Assembly: GCA_964541395.1 (NCBI GenBank)
Contig: CAZIPM010000002.1
Coordinates: 41,309-105,308, forward strand
Origin: an uncultured Gammaproteobacteria bacterium
GTDB taxonomy: Bacteria > Patescibacteriota > Microgenomatia > UBA8517
Length of the DNA: 64,000 bases
Direction of reading: 5' to 3'
Positions 7,916 to 17,468 of the stretch are shown piece after piece (within the stretch, counting starts at the first letter, position 1; each line of letters starts with the position of its first letter). The position numbers were made by a program, and so were the translations under genes. A model generated the notes under the pieces. It worked only from the letters and a program-made list of their open reading frames with translations. It ran no database searches and had not been told where the DNA came from.

Positions 7916-8956
7916 TTATATATTTTTAAGATATTTGTCATAAAAAGCAACTGTATCAGACATCGCTTTGGTAAATTCTAAACCAGTAATATTATGGCCA
8001 CCGTTGGGGTATTCATAAAATAAATGATTAATTTCACTTCCACCCAAAATTTTATTTAAGTTCCTACTGTATTCCACACTTACCACAGCGTCGTCAACAG
8101 CATGAAAAAGTGCCAATGCACCAGTTTTTCCTTCCAGATAATTTGTAGCTACAACTTGTTTCCAAAAATCGTTATCTTTATTAAATTCTCCGTATAATTC
8201 TCTTAACCTTTGTCTTTTTTTTGCCCTCTCTGTACTTTGATTAGGGGATCTATAAGACATATCAGAAATTCTATAGTCTAATAAATCCTGATAAGTAAAA
8301 CCAGCTCCAGCCCAGACTGCAATAGCAGGAATTTCCTCTTTGGCCATAAAGCTTCTGAATGTAACATTGCCTGCCATTGAATGTCCCCATAAACCGATTT
8401 TTTCTGAATCAACAAAATCCGTATTTTTTAACGCTTCATATGCATTTAAAGTATCTATTACATAATCACCCGAATAATAAGAACCCCCCGCTTCTCCTTC
8501 AGAATTTCCATGACCCCTTAAATCTATTTTAAAAACTACATACTCGCTTCTCGCCAGGTAATCAACATGGTCAGCGTACCTTTCGGTTGTACTATATGTA
8601 GTCGGTGCGATATATCCGTGGACAAAAACTATAGCTGGATTTTTGTTCTTTCCGTTATTCGGAACTGTCAAAAATCCGTTTACATTAAATCCGTCAGAAT
8701 CATAACTTGTTAAATAGCTTGTGTAGTTGGTATTTTCAGAATACTTTGTTAATTCTCTTAACTTTGATTTATATTCCCTATTTCTTAAGTAGGGAATTGT
8801 CATTTCCTGAAACTCAAAGGGTGTAGTTTTTTGTTGTGGAATTATTTTTGAAAACTGATCTTGTGGAGTTAGTTTTATGAAATATGAGTAACTGATAAAA
8901 ACTATAAAAATTACCAAAAATATTTTTAGAAGACGAACCATAGAAGATTTTAGCAT
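7916..8956 (-). CDS. Secreted alpha/beta hydrolase (peptidase S9-like); start uncertain (8941/8956)
   Basis: VHGY, DLRGHG, GHSMAG, HAVDD and GGH triad motifs. Confidence 0.85.
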   Translation of the reverse strand: MLKSSMVRLLKIFLVIFIVFISYSYFIKLTPQDQFSKIIPQQKTTPFEFQEMTIPYLRNREYKSKLRELTKYSENTNYTSYLTSYDSDGFNVNGFLTVPNNGKNKNPAIVFVHGYIAPTTYSTTERYADHVDYLARSEYVVFKIDLRGHGNSEGEAGGSYYSGDYVIDTLNAYEALKNTDFVDSEKIGLWGHSMAGNVTFRSFMAKEEIPAIAVWAGAGFTYQDLLDYRISDMSYRSPNQSTERAKKRQRLRELYGEFNKDNDFWKQVVATNYLEGKTGALALFHAVDDAVVSVEYSRNLNKILGGSEINHLFYEYPNGGHNITGLEFTKAMSDTVAFYDKYLKNI

Positions 8957-9052
8957 GTTATAAACTTTAAGTCTTCCGCCGGTGAGAATAATATTATTAA
9001 TCAAATATAATTTTATCGTTTATGATTTTGAAGAACATTTATAAATTAAATC

Positions 9053-9361
9053 TTACTTCAAACCAAGAATCTTAAGTAAAAATTTCCAAAAACTGAATTT
9101 ATAATTACTACCTTGAGGATAAACATCTTTAGTCCAAACAGATAATATCAACCATTCTTTTTTCTCATTCTTTTTGGCGACTACTTCTATTTTTCTTTGC
9201 CTGAAAGTTTTAAGATAAATCCAAGCTCCACGACTTTTGGCATACTTGCTTTGGTCAGGATAGCGCCAGGTATCCCAAGCATCCCTTTGGCTTATTCCTC
9301 TTGTTTTTAATCTTTGTAGTGCGTGATTAGTCCAAATTACCCCACCATAATATATATCCAC
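9053..9361 (-). CDS. DUF4258-like protein
   Basis: WTNHALQRLKTRGIS...PD pattern and IEVVAK..WLILSVW. Confidence 0.6.
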   Translation of the reverse strand: MDIYYGGVIWTNHALQRLKTRGISQRDAWDTWRYPDQSKYAKSRGAWIYLKTFRQRKIEVVAKKNEKKEWLILSVWTKDVYPQGSNYKFSFWKFLLKILGLK

Positions 9362-9376
9362 GCCCTAATTATACAT

Positions 9377-9595
9377 TTATTTACCACCCAAAGAGCCTTT
9401 TAAATTAATGGCAATTTTCTTTTCAAGCTCTTTCTGATTTAATTTATTCAAAACAATTATTTGTGCAAGTGACGGAGCACCTAATTGTTGCATAGATTCT
9501 ATCTCTTTAATTCCATATTCGTGTAAGAGAATATCATCAACGGTAGCATATGAAAAGGATGCTTCTCGATAAGAACCAATTCTTGTAGCAGTCAT
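9377..9595 (-). CDS. Hypothetical small protein
   Basis: ORF preceded by TGTGGTATAAT about 10 nt upstream. Confidence 0.5.
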   Translation of the reverse strand: MTATRIGSYREASFSYATVDDILLHEYGIKEIESMQQLGAPSLAQIIVLNKLNQKELEKKIAINLKGSLGGK

Positions 9596-9618
9596 TTAGA
9601 AGAGAATTATACCACAAA

Positions 9619-9948
9619 TTATTTCTTTTTCGTTTTTAGTTCGGAAAGAATTTCTTTATGAAGCAATTTAACTTCTTTTTTAATTATATCTTCTATATCA
9701 CCGTCTATTTTTTCCTTTAAATAACCCAATAGTTTTTCGTCATGTGGGCTGGATTGAAACTTGTTTAAAAATTCTTCATGGTGGTGTTGGGGTAGTTTAT
9801 CCAAAACGCAACCCATAACGCGGTGGTGCATAATCTCTTCAATCGCTGTCCACAACTCCTGTAATTCATCATTTGAAGTCACCATTTTTTTAAGCTTTTT
9901 GTCCAAGCCGTTTAAAATTATTAGTTTATCGTAGAAAATCATGCTCAT
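9619..9948 (-). CDS. Hypothetical protein
   Basis: 109-aa helical ORF co-oriented with neighbours. Confidence 0.7.
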   Translation of the reverse strand: MSMIFYDKLIILNGLDKKLKKMVTSNDELQELWTAIEEIMHHRVMGCVLDKLPQHHHEEFLNKFQSSPHDEKLLGYLKEKIDGDIEDIIKKEVKLLHKEILSELKTKKK

Positions 9949-9991
9949 AATTTTATAACTCCTTCACTTTGTTTGTTGTAGAAAATTATAC

Positions 9992-10930
9992 TCATATCTG
10001 TACTAAATCCTTTTGATCTATATTTAAATCATTATACTCAACCGGACCTAATTTTATTTTATTTTCCGGATCGTCTACAAAAAACATAATTACGGGACCC
10101 TTTTTATATCTTGCCCCACCCAAGTATTCCATAACTTCAGGACTACCTCCGAAATGCTTTCCTGTCCAAGCTGCCGGTCCTGAATCGGCAATTGCCGCAA
10201 CTACTGCTTTACCGTTTGTTGTATTAACTAAAAGTACCTTTCTGTATTTATACCAATCTCTAAGGTATGGTTGTCTAGAAGCCCAATCTTTTAAATAAAG
10301 AGTTTGGGCTACAGCATACCAGCGTTCGGTTTCAATCAGATCGGGTGTTAACTCAACTTTACTTTTTGAAAAATAACTCCACGCTCCCAGACCGGGAGCA
10401 ATTCCCTCTTTGTAAAATGGTCCATGGTTTTCCAAAATATCTCCGGGATATCTTTTTAAATGCTGCTCCGCACCTATCATCCCGTAGGTAGTATTTAAAT
10501 GTTCCCCTTCCAAAGTCGCTTTGGCTGGTATTTTAATCACATTTGCAAAAACAGATTCAATATATTTTTCTTCAGCTCTTGATAGTGGGCGTGTCCTTTC
10601 AGGGAGAACATTTTTTAAAGTATCAACTAAATATCTTTGAGGAAGTTGAGGGGTTTCATCTCTATTAAATTCATCAATACTTTTGACTATATCGGTGGGT
10701 GCAGGAAGTTGCCCGGCACCCGTAGGAGGTGCCAAAAGAAGAGTTCCGGTTAGTGCCCCGACACTTATTATTTTTGCAGAATGTTGTCTGATTTTACCAA
10801 GCTCTATTCCTTTTTCCTGAAGAAATTTATACGCGTGGGGGTATTTCTTTTTAAATTTATTCTGGGCTTCAACACTTTTAAGCCTTAAGTTGTTTCTAAA
10901 TAATTCCAGATGGGCAGCGGTTGGATTCAT
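9992..10930 (-). CDS. Hypothetical membrane protein with possible RlpA-like double-psi beta-barrel C-terminus
   Basis: KVLLVNTTNGKAVVAAIADSGP resembles the RlpA V.V.N..NG+SV.V.I.DRGP motif; one hydrophobic segment. Confidence 0.55.
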   Translation of the reverse strand: MNPTAAHLELFRNNLRLKSVEAQNKFKKKYPHAYKFLQEKGIELGKIRQHSAKIISVGALTGTLLLAPPTGAGQLPAPTDIVKSIDEFNRDETPQLPQRYLVDTLKNVLPERTRPLSRAEEKYIESVFANVIKIPAKATLEGEHLNTTYGMIGAEQHLKRYPGDILENHGPFYKEGIAPGLGAWSYFSKSKVELTPDLIETERWYAVAQTLYLKDWASRQPYLRDWYKYRKVLLVNTTNGKAVVAAIADSGPAAWTGKHFGGSPEVMEYLGGARYKKGPVIMFFVDDPENKIKLGPVEYNDLNIDQKDLVQI

Positions 10931-10944
10931 TTTATTATCTTATT

Positions 10945-12285
10945 TTAAGTACTTTCTAATGTTAATCTCTTTAAAGTTTCTTCTTTACCTAAAATTATAA
11001 TTGAGTCATTTATAGGTGGGGTAAATTTCACACCGGTCATGGCTATTCTTATGGTCATGAAAAAATCCCCAACTTTAATATTATTTTCATTTATCTTTTC
11101 CATTAAAGTTTCATTTAACTCTTCCAAGTCCCAATTTTTTAAATTGGAGATAACATCAACTGCTAATCCTAAATGTTTTTGGTAATCTGTTCCAAACAGT
11201 ATTTTATCAACTTCCGGTTTTTCCCAAAAGAATTTAGCCAAATCATTAAACTCGGTGAATTTTTTAATCCTGTTCTTTAGTAACTTCGTTATTTTTACTT
11301 TTTTCCCACTTGGTAACATATTAAATTCAGAACTAAATTTTTCAAATTTATTTTGTAGTTCGTTGTCCTCCATCATACGGATGTATTGACCGTTAAACCA
11401 ATCAAGTTTATCCCTGAAAAATCTGGGGTTGGCATCTTGGAATCCATTAATATTAAATTCTTTTACAAATTCATCCAAGGTATATAATTCTCTGTTATCT
11501 TTCGGAGCCCAGCCCAAAAGCATGATGAAATTCAAAAGTGCTTCTGGTAAATACCCTTCTTCTAAAAATTGTTCTGCAAAAACAGAATCCCGTCTTTTGG
11601 ATAATTTCTTTCCTGTCTCTCCCGATAAAATATCTGTCAGATGTCCTATTTCCGGACGGGTTCCTCCTAAATACTCAAACACCAATAAATGAATTGGCGT
11701 TGACGGTAGCCAGTCATGTCCTCTTAAGATATGAGTAATTTTCATATCTATATCATCAGCCATAGCGGCCAAGTGATAAGTAGGATATCCGTCAGACTTT
11801 AAAAGTGTTGCATCATATACAGTATTTGTGTTCCATGATATTTCTTTTTTGTGTACAAAATCAAGATAACTGACTGTTTTTCCATCAGGAACCAATAGTT
11901 TTATAGCACCTGTGGTGAATGCTTTGCCTCGGCACGGATCTTTCAAGTCTTTTGAATAACCTTCTTCCTTCGTATTTTTTGGATCACATTGACAAAAAAA
12001 GGCATGACCGTCTGACACTAATTTTTCTGCTGTTTGTTTGTAGTAATCAAGCCTCTCGGATTGAATGTACATTTCATCATATATAAGACCAAATTTTTTC
12101 AGTGTTTCTTGAAGGGCTTCTTTTGAACCTGCAACTTCCCTCTTTTGATCAGTGTCCTCAATTCTTAATATAAAGTCTCCTCCCTCATGTTTGGCTAAAG
12201 CATATGCATATAATGCTGTTCGAAGTCCACCTATGTGTAAAAATCCTGTCGGGCTGGGAGCAAACCTAGTTCTTACCTTTGTCAT
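10945..12285 (-). CDS. gltX: Glutamate--tRNA ligase
   Basis: RTRFAPSPTGFLHIGG, LRIEDTD and KLSKR; ATG 12285. Confidence 0.97.
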   Translation of the reverse strand: MTKVRTRFAPSPTGFLHIGGLRTALYAYALAKHEGGDFILRIEDTDQKREVAGSKEALQETLKKFGLIYDEMYIQSERLDYYKQTAEKLVSDGHAFFCQCDPKNTKEEGYSKDLKDPCRGKAFTTGAIKLLVPDGKTVSYLDFVHKKEISWNTNTVYDATLLKSDGYPTYHLAAMADDIDMKITHILRGHDWLPSTPIHLLVFEYLGGTRPEIGHLTDILSGETGKKLSKRRDSVFAEQFLEEGYLPEALLNFIMLLGWAPKDNRELYTLDEFVKEFNINGFQDANPRFFRDKLDWFNGQYIRMMEDNELQNKFEKFSSEFNMLPSGKKVKITKLLKNRIKKFTEFNDLAKFFWEKPEVDKILFGTDYQKHLGLAVDVISNLKNWDLEELNETLMEKINENNIKVGDFFMTIRIAMTGVKFTPPINDSIIILGKEETLKRLTLEST

Positions 12286-12374
12286 AAACTCAATTATCGC
12301 ACAGATGAGTCTGCTCTTCCAGAACTTAATAATCACTTGAGTTAATACCTTCATGAGATATACTAAAATAGATT

Positions 12375-13424
12375 ATGGTGACTTTAACCTACGCATCTAT
12401 AACTGCCAGAAAAATTATCCGCTATACTGTTTTTTTCATTATCTTTTTAATTGTTGGCAAGATGTTTTTGGGTGTAGCACTGGGAATTTATCATAAAATT
12501 TTTCCACCTCCTCCTCCTACACCGACTGTAGCTTATGGTAAATTACCTAAATTACCCTTTCCTGAAAGGGCTAAGTTAAATTTAAACTTTACTTTGGAAA
12601 CTCCAGAAGGAGGCCTACCTACAACTCCAAGCTTGATTAAAATTTATTTTATGCCCAAACTTTCCGCCAATCTTCTGTCATTGGATTTTGCAAAAGAAAG
12701 GGCCCAAAGTTTAAACTACGAAATTAATCCTGAAACTCTTTCTGACTCTCTTTATAAGTTCTATAACAAAACAACACCTTCAAGTATGCAAATAGATATC
12801 ATCACGGGAGCTTTTTCGGTAAGTTATGACCTAAATGTTGATCAGTCACCTCTGGCGGTACGCCCCGTTCCCCCAGAAGTTGCAGTAAGTACCGCTAGAC
12901 AGTTTATGACAAGCGCAAATGTCCTACCTGAAGACATGACAGGACCCACCTCTCATCAGTTCTTAAAATATGAATCATCCGGTCTTGTTCCTGCTGTCTC
13001 TCTTGCCGACAGTAACCTTATTAAAGTCCATTTTTTCCGCAAAAGTTTTGAGGAAATGCCATCTCTGACACCTGTTCCAAATGAAGGAAATATCTGGTTT
13101 ATTATAAGCGGACTGAAAGAAAGAGGTAAAGATGTTCTAGCCGGAGAATACCATTACTTTCCGGTAGATGAAACACAATCTTCAACTTATCCCATTAAAA
13201 CTGCGGATCAGGCATGGCAGGAGTTTACAGCAGGTAATTATTTCACTGCTTCTTTTGGAGCAGCCAATGACGGTGAGAATATAAAAATAAGACGAGTTTA
13301 TTTGGCTTATTATGATTCAGGAGAACTCATGGATTTCTACCAGCCAATCTATGTTTTTGAAGGAACAGATAAAAATTTTGTGGCATATATTCCTGCAGTT
13401 ACAGGAGATTATTACGGCGAATAG
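12375..13424 (+). CDS. Membrane-anchored hypothetical protein
   Basis: N-terminal TM, Pro-rich linker, C-terminal YLAYY...QPIYVF motif. Confidence 0.75.
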   Translation: MVTLTYASITARKIIRYTVFFIIFLIVGKMFLGVALGIYHKIFPPPPPTPTVAYGKLPKLPFPERAKLNLNFTLETPEGGLPTTPSLIKIYFMPKLSANLLSLDFAKERAQSLNYEINPETLSDSLYKFYNKTTPSSMQIDIITGAFSVSYDLNVDQSPLAVRPVPPEVAVSTARQFMTSANVLPEDMTGPTSHQFLKYESSGLVPAVSLADSNLIKVHFFRKSFEEMPSLTPVPNEGNIWFIISGLKERGKDVLAGEYHYFPVDETQSSTYPIKTADQAWQEFTAGNYFTASFGAANDGENIKIRRVYLAYYDSGELMDFYQPIYVFEGTDKNFVAYIPAVTGDYYGE

Positions 13425-13458
13425 AAAAAACTTGTTTATAAAGAGTAAAAAAAGATTA

Positions 13459-13746
13459 TTAATTAATTACTGCCTGTTTCTGAATTTTTGAAACTTTCTT
13501 CTCCAGCTTGTCAAATTCTTCTAAAGTTGGAGTATCGTCTGATAAACTTGCTAAATCTAATCCAATTCTGTCAATTCTCTTTGTCAATCTTAATTCAGTC
13601 CCGTCAATTTTTTTATATACCTCATCAAATTTTTTATCTACTTCGTCAAATTTTTTATAAACTTTTTCAAATCCCTTCCTCATCTCATCTCGAGTAAGAC
13701 TTTGACCGTTTAAAACCATCTGCAACATTTTTTTATCATCTGTCAT
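13459..13746 (-). CDS. Coiled-coil hypothetical protein with 7-aa repeats
   Basis: KGFEKVY-KKFDEVD-KKFDEVY heptads; ATG 13746 lies 6 nt after TGTATAAT. Confidence 0.7.
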   Translation of the reverse strand: MTDDKKMLQMVLNGQSLTRDEMRKGFEKVYKKFDEVDKKFDEVYKKIDGTELRLTKRIDRIGLDLASLSDDTPTLEEFDKLEKKVSKIQKQAVIN

Positions 13747-13780
13747 AATTTTATTATACAAGTTATTACAATATCTCAAA

Positions 13781-14698
13781 CTATAACTTTTGCGATAAGT
13801 TAACCTTCTTCCACTCATAATTGGTAAAAATCCAATCAATTAACTCTTTTGTTTCACCAAATCTGTCCTGAGAACCCAACACTGCGACCATAATTTTTTT
13901 ATTTTCTCTTTCGATATCCGTAACCAAGTTTTCTCTGGCCACTTCAGTCCAACCTGTTTTTACTCCTTTTACACCCTCTATTGTACCTAAAAGCTTATTT
14001 GTACTTACAAGTTTATGTTTAATAAACCCATCAATACTCCTAACAGTTTTTTCTTTAGTCCCGACAATTTCTGCAAAAATAGGGTTTCTCATGGCAACTT
14101 TGGAAACTGTAATTAAATCCTTAACTGTTGAATACTGGTCTGCACTGTCTAAGCCGGCAGGATTAGTGAAATGGGTATTAACCAAGCCCAGATCCAAAAC
14201 TTTTTGATTCATCAGATCTATAAATCCTTCTCTGCCATTTGGGTGCAACAATGCCAATACCTCTGCAGCATCATTGGCGGAATAAATCAAAAGTCCATTT
14301 AATAAATCACCGATTTTAATTTTTTCACCAACAATAAGTCCCATTTTCTGGCCAATTACGTTAAACTTTGGTACAGTAACTTCCTGATTTAGATCATAAT
14401 TATCAAGAACAACCATGGCTGTAACAATTTTGGTTGTCGAAGCAGGAAAAAGGCCTCTCTGTGGATCTTTTTCATATAAAGTAACACCGGATTTTAAATC
14501 AACTACCATTACCGACTGTGCGGAAAGGACTGGGTATTTACTGTGATCTTTTTTAAGGCTTGGCAGATCGGAATAGTTGACAGCACCCAGAGGGGGTTTT
14601 AAGTCAGGGTAAACAACAGTTGCAGTATTTTTCGCCAGAGAAATCGCAGAAGTGGAAATAAAAACAAAACTGATTATGGCAAGATAAAGAAGATTCAT
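13781..14698 (-). CDS. D-alanyl-D-alanine carboxypeptidase (peptidase S11)
   Basis: PASTTK (SxxK), SAN (SxN) and KTG motifs. Confidence 0.93.
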   Translation of the reverse strand: MNLLYLAIISFVFISTSAISLAKNTATVVYPDLKPPLGAVNYSDLPSLKKDHSKYPVLSAQSVMVVDLKSGVTLYEKDPQRGLFPASTTKIVTAMVVLDNYDLNQEVTVPKFNVIGQKMGLIVGEKIKIGDLLNGLLIYSANDAAEVLALLHPNGREGFIDLMNQKVLDLGLVNTHFTNPAGLDSADQYSTVKDLITVSKVAMRNPIFAEIVGTKEKTVRSIDGFIKHKLVSTNKLLGTIEGVKGVKTGWTEVARENLVTDIERENKKIMVAVLGSQDRFGETKELIDWIFTNYEWKKVNLSQKL

Positions 14699-16554
14699 TT
14701 TACTAAAACAGGATTTTCTACTTTAACAAAATCGCTATATTTCATTTTTACTGACTTGTTATGTCTCCCCACATTGAACGCTATTTCATCGTTATCAGAT
14801 AGACGGACATCAAGATAAGTTTTCATGCCCAGAAGGGATCCAAACGGAGGTATCGAACCAACTTCAAGACCTGTTTTTGCTTCTACACTTTCTTTTGAAG
14901 CCATAGCCAATTTTTTAAACTTAAGTATTTCTTTAAACCGATTCAGGTCTGCCTTTAAATCGGCAGGTAATACCAGTAATATAAATTCTTTATCTGCTTG
15001 AAGTACCAAAGCTTTAGCCCCCTGATGAACAGTTGTTCCTCTCACTTTTGCTGACTCCTCACTAGTAAAAACCGATTCATGTTCATATTTTTGAAATTCT
15101 ATTTCCCTTTTTTCTAAGAGCTTGATTATTTTTTCATACACACTGGATTTATCTTCAATCGGTGGAGCATGTAATGTCTTAATTCCCAACTCTTCTAGCT
15201 GATCGCTTGTGGCTTCACTGGGGGCATCCAAAACTGCGGTCTGACCTGAAGCTGAAGTAGGATAGGCCATCACCTCGCGTACAGAGGGTTCGCCAAGGAT
15301 AGCCATTAAGAATCTATCCAATCCTGGAGCTATCCCTCCGTGGGGTGGAACACCGTAAGTAAAAGCTGTCAGCATATGTTCAAATTGTCCTCTTTGTTTC
15401 TCTGAAAAACCGATTAGTTTAAATATTTTTTCCTGAATTTTAGGATCATGAATTCTAATACTTCCACCACCAACCTCAAAACCGTTTAAGACAAAATCAT
15501 GCTGTAAACCTCGAACCTTTCCGGGGTCTGTTTCCAAAAGCGCTAAATCATCAGGATGTGGAGACGTAAACATATGATGACTAGGTGCCCATTTTGAAGA
15601 TCCCGAACCATGGAAGTAATCATCATCTGTTTGTTCAGTAAATAGAGGAAAATCCAAAACCCAGCAAAATGCCAATTCATCGGGATCGTTTTTGTCTTTT
15701 CTTAAATCAGGTTTATCATTGCCGTATTTTTCTTTGGCGTCTTTGTGAGAAATTCTTGGCCAAGGAGATTCCATAATTTTCTTTTCAGGAAAAAGTTCTT
15801 TTACAAGCTGAGTAAACATTTTTTCGCTTAAATCCAAGATGTCTTTCTGTTTTACAAACGACATTTCCATATCTAGTTGGGTAAATTCTCCATAAGCGCG
15901 GTCTTTCCTTGGATCTTCATCCCTAAAACATCTGGCAAACTGGAAATATCTTTCCATACCCGCAACCATTAGAAGCTGTTTATATTGTTGAGGAGACTGG
16001 GGAAGTGCATAGAATTTACCAAGCTGCAGTCTGGAAGGAACTAAAAAGTCCCTGGCTCCTTCCGGGGTGGTTTTTGTTAAAATTGGAGTTTCAATTTCTA
16101 CAAAATCCAGATCACTCAGATAGTTTCTTAAAAATTGAGTAACTTTTGAGCGAAGTCTAATATTTTTACTCATTCTGGGACGTCTCAAATCTAGGTATCG
16201 GTATTTATTCCTAATGTTCTCATCTATATCATAACCGTCAGTATCCAAAGGAAGAGGAAGTTCCGAAGACATTGAGATTACCTCAAGTTTTTTAATCTGC
16301 ATTTCTATTTTACCCGTGGGGATGTTGGGATTAATTAATTTTTCCGGTCTTTCTACAACTTTACCGATTACTTCAACAACCGATTCTGTGGTAACTTTAG
16401 GAAGATTTGCTCCAACACATTGGATAATACCACTTCGATCACGTAAATCTATAAATGTAATTTTTCCATGATCTCTGACTGTATCTACCCAACCCTGAAG
16501 TATTATTGACTCGTCAATTTTATCTACTGCTTCAGTAACTAAAGTCCTTTGCAT
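14695..16554 (-). CDS. aspS: Aspartate--tRNA ligase with C-terminal YbaK/ProXp (YeaK-like) editing domain
   Basis: GWV..VRDHG, RYRYLDLRR, YALPQSPQQYKQLLM, ARCFRDED, PPHGGIAPGLDR; C-terminal RGT..HQGAKALV, GSIPPFG, EIAFN.G. Confidence 0.95.
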   Translation of the reverse strand: MQRTLVTEAVDKIDESIILQGWVDTVRDHGKITFIDLRDRSGIIQCVGANLPKVTTESVVEVIGKVVERPEKLINPNIPTGKIEMQIKKLEVISMSSELPLPLDTDGYDIDENIRNKYRYLDLRRPRMSKNIRLRSKVTQFLRNYLSDLDFVEIETPILTKTTPEGARDFLVPSRLQLGKFYALPQSPQQYKQLLMVAGMERYFQFARCFRDEDPRKDRAYGEFTQLDMEMSFVKQKDILDLSEKMFTQLVKELFPEKKIMESPWPRISHKDAKEKYGNDKPDLRKDKNDPDELAFCWVLDFPLFTEQTDDDYFHGSGSSKWAPSHHMFTSPHPDDLALLETDPGKVRGLQHDFVLNGFEVGGGSIRIHDPKIQEKIFKLIGFSEKQRGQFEHMLTAFTYGVPPHGGIAPGLDRFLMAILGEPSVREVMAYPTSASGQTAVLDAPSEATSDQLEELGIKTLHAPPIEDKSSVYEKIIKLLEKREIEFQKYEHESVFTSEESAKVRGTTVHQGAKALVLQADKEFILLVLPADLKADLNRFKEILKFKKLAMASKESVEAKTGLEVGSIPPFGSLLGMKTYLDVRLSDNDEIAFNVGRHNKSVKMKYSDFVKVENPVLVK

Positions 16555-16585
16555 AGTAGTAGTATTGTATGTTTAGAATTGACAC

Positions 16586-16749
16586 TTGACAAGAGGCTAG
16601 CATATTTTCTAAGATACTTATTGTTTCTAAAAAATACAACATGAATTTAAATAATCACTGCGTTAAGACTATTAATAACCTCTTTATCTAGGGGTTTGTC
16701 TTGGCGGGTGATAAAAAGGCAAACCTCTTCTAAACAAAGAGGTTTTTTT
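16586..16749 (+). promoter_or_regulatory. Promoter + leader peptide (16641-16691) + attenuator-like terminator/antiterminator
   Basis: TTGACA 16586, TAAGAT 16610; leader MNLNNHCVKTINNLFI*; stems 16677-83/16690-96, 16690-702/16716-28 and 16721-29/16737-45, then a T tract. Confidence 0.6.
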
Positions 16750-16777
16750 ATGAATTAAAAATAAAACTAAAAATATT

Positions 16778-16954
16778 ATGGCATTAGAATTTCAAACACT
16801 AAAAGCTAGAGAAGCATATATGAGAAAGCTAGAGAGTTCAATTGTGCTAGATGCAATTAGACCGATGCTAATTAAGCTCGCCACCGAAGGAGATAAAACA
16901 AAATTAACAACAGAACATCAAAAAGATAAGAATAAAAAGGGAGGTGATGATTAG
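16778..16954 (+). CDS. Hypothetical 58-aa protein (below ORF-track cutoff)
   Basis: MALEFQTLKAREAYMRKLESSIVLDAIRPMLIKLATEGDKTKLTTEHQKDKNKKGGDD; stop overlaps next GTG. Confidence 0.55.
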   Translation: MALEFQTLKAREAYMRKLESSIVLDAIRPMLIKLATEGDKTKLTTEHQKDKNKKGGDD

Positions 16955-17148
16955 TGGCAGAAAGAGTTACAATAATAGGAGCTGGATTAGGCTCAATGAC
17001 TGATATTTATCAGTCCGGTGATGAAGATGAGGCACTACTGCTTACTAGTACTAAGGAAAGAGCTATGGAAAAAGTTGCAATACAAGTTTCCCAATTACCA
17101 CGAGAGGGAACAGATCGATATCAGGTTGATGCATTGGTAACAGATTGA
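16954..17148 (+). CDS. Hypothetical small protein
   Basis: Strong SD AAGGGAGGTGA before GTG. Confidence 0.6.
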   Translation: MAERVTIIGAGLGSMTDIYQSGDEDEALLLTSTKERAMEKVAIQVSQLPREGTDRYQVDALVTD

Positions 17149-17168
17149 TAATTTTAGTCTCATAGTAT

Positions 17169-17456
17169 ATGATATCGATTATGGTTGAAGATTCTGGCGT
17201 AACCGATATTAAATTCAAGCCAGATATATATTGTCACGCAAACAGTCCTGAGACATTAGCTAAATTGAAGATTTATGTTGATCCTGAATCTTTACCTAAG
17301 GATTGGGGTCCAGATAGAGCACAAAGATATATGACTGAGATAGGTATTGTTTTAAGGGGTAGACCCTATGAATATGTCGCCACTAAAAATGTGAGTGTAT
17401 TTTTAAAAACATTAAACCAGATTAGATCTAAAAGACGAAGTACTGAGCTTGCTTAA
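17169..17456 (+). CDS. Hypothetical protein
   Basis: 95-aa ORF filling the gap before the recJ stop. Confidence 0.6.
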   Translation: MISIMVEDSGVTDIKFKPDIYCHANSPETLAKLKIYVDPESLPKDWGPDRAQRYMTEIGIVLRGRPYEYVATKNVSVFLKTLNQIRSKRRSTELA

Positions 17457-17468
17457 AAGTTTAGCTAA

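Noticed and set aside
9053-9595. Toxin-antitoxin pair (DUF4258-like + upstream small ORF)
   Set aside because: Each ORF appears to have its own -10 box and the upstream ORF has no antitoxin features; support is insufficient.
13605-13675. 21-bp tandem repeats
   Set aside because: They are explained by coding heptad repeats (KKFDEV).
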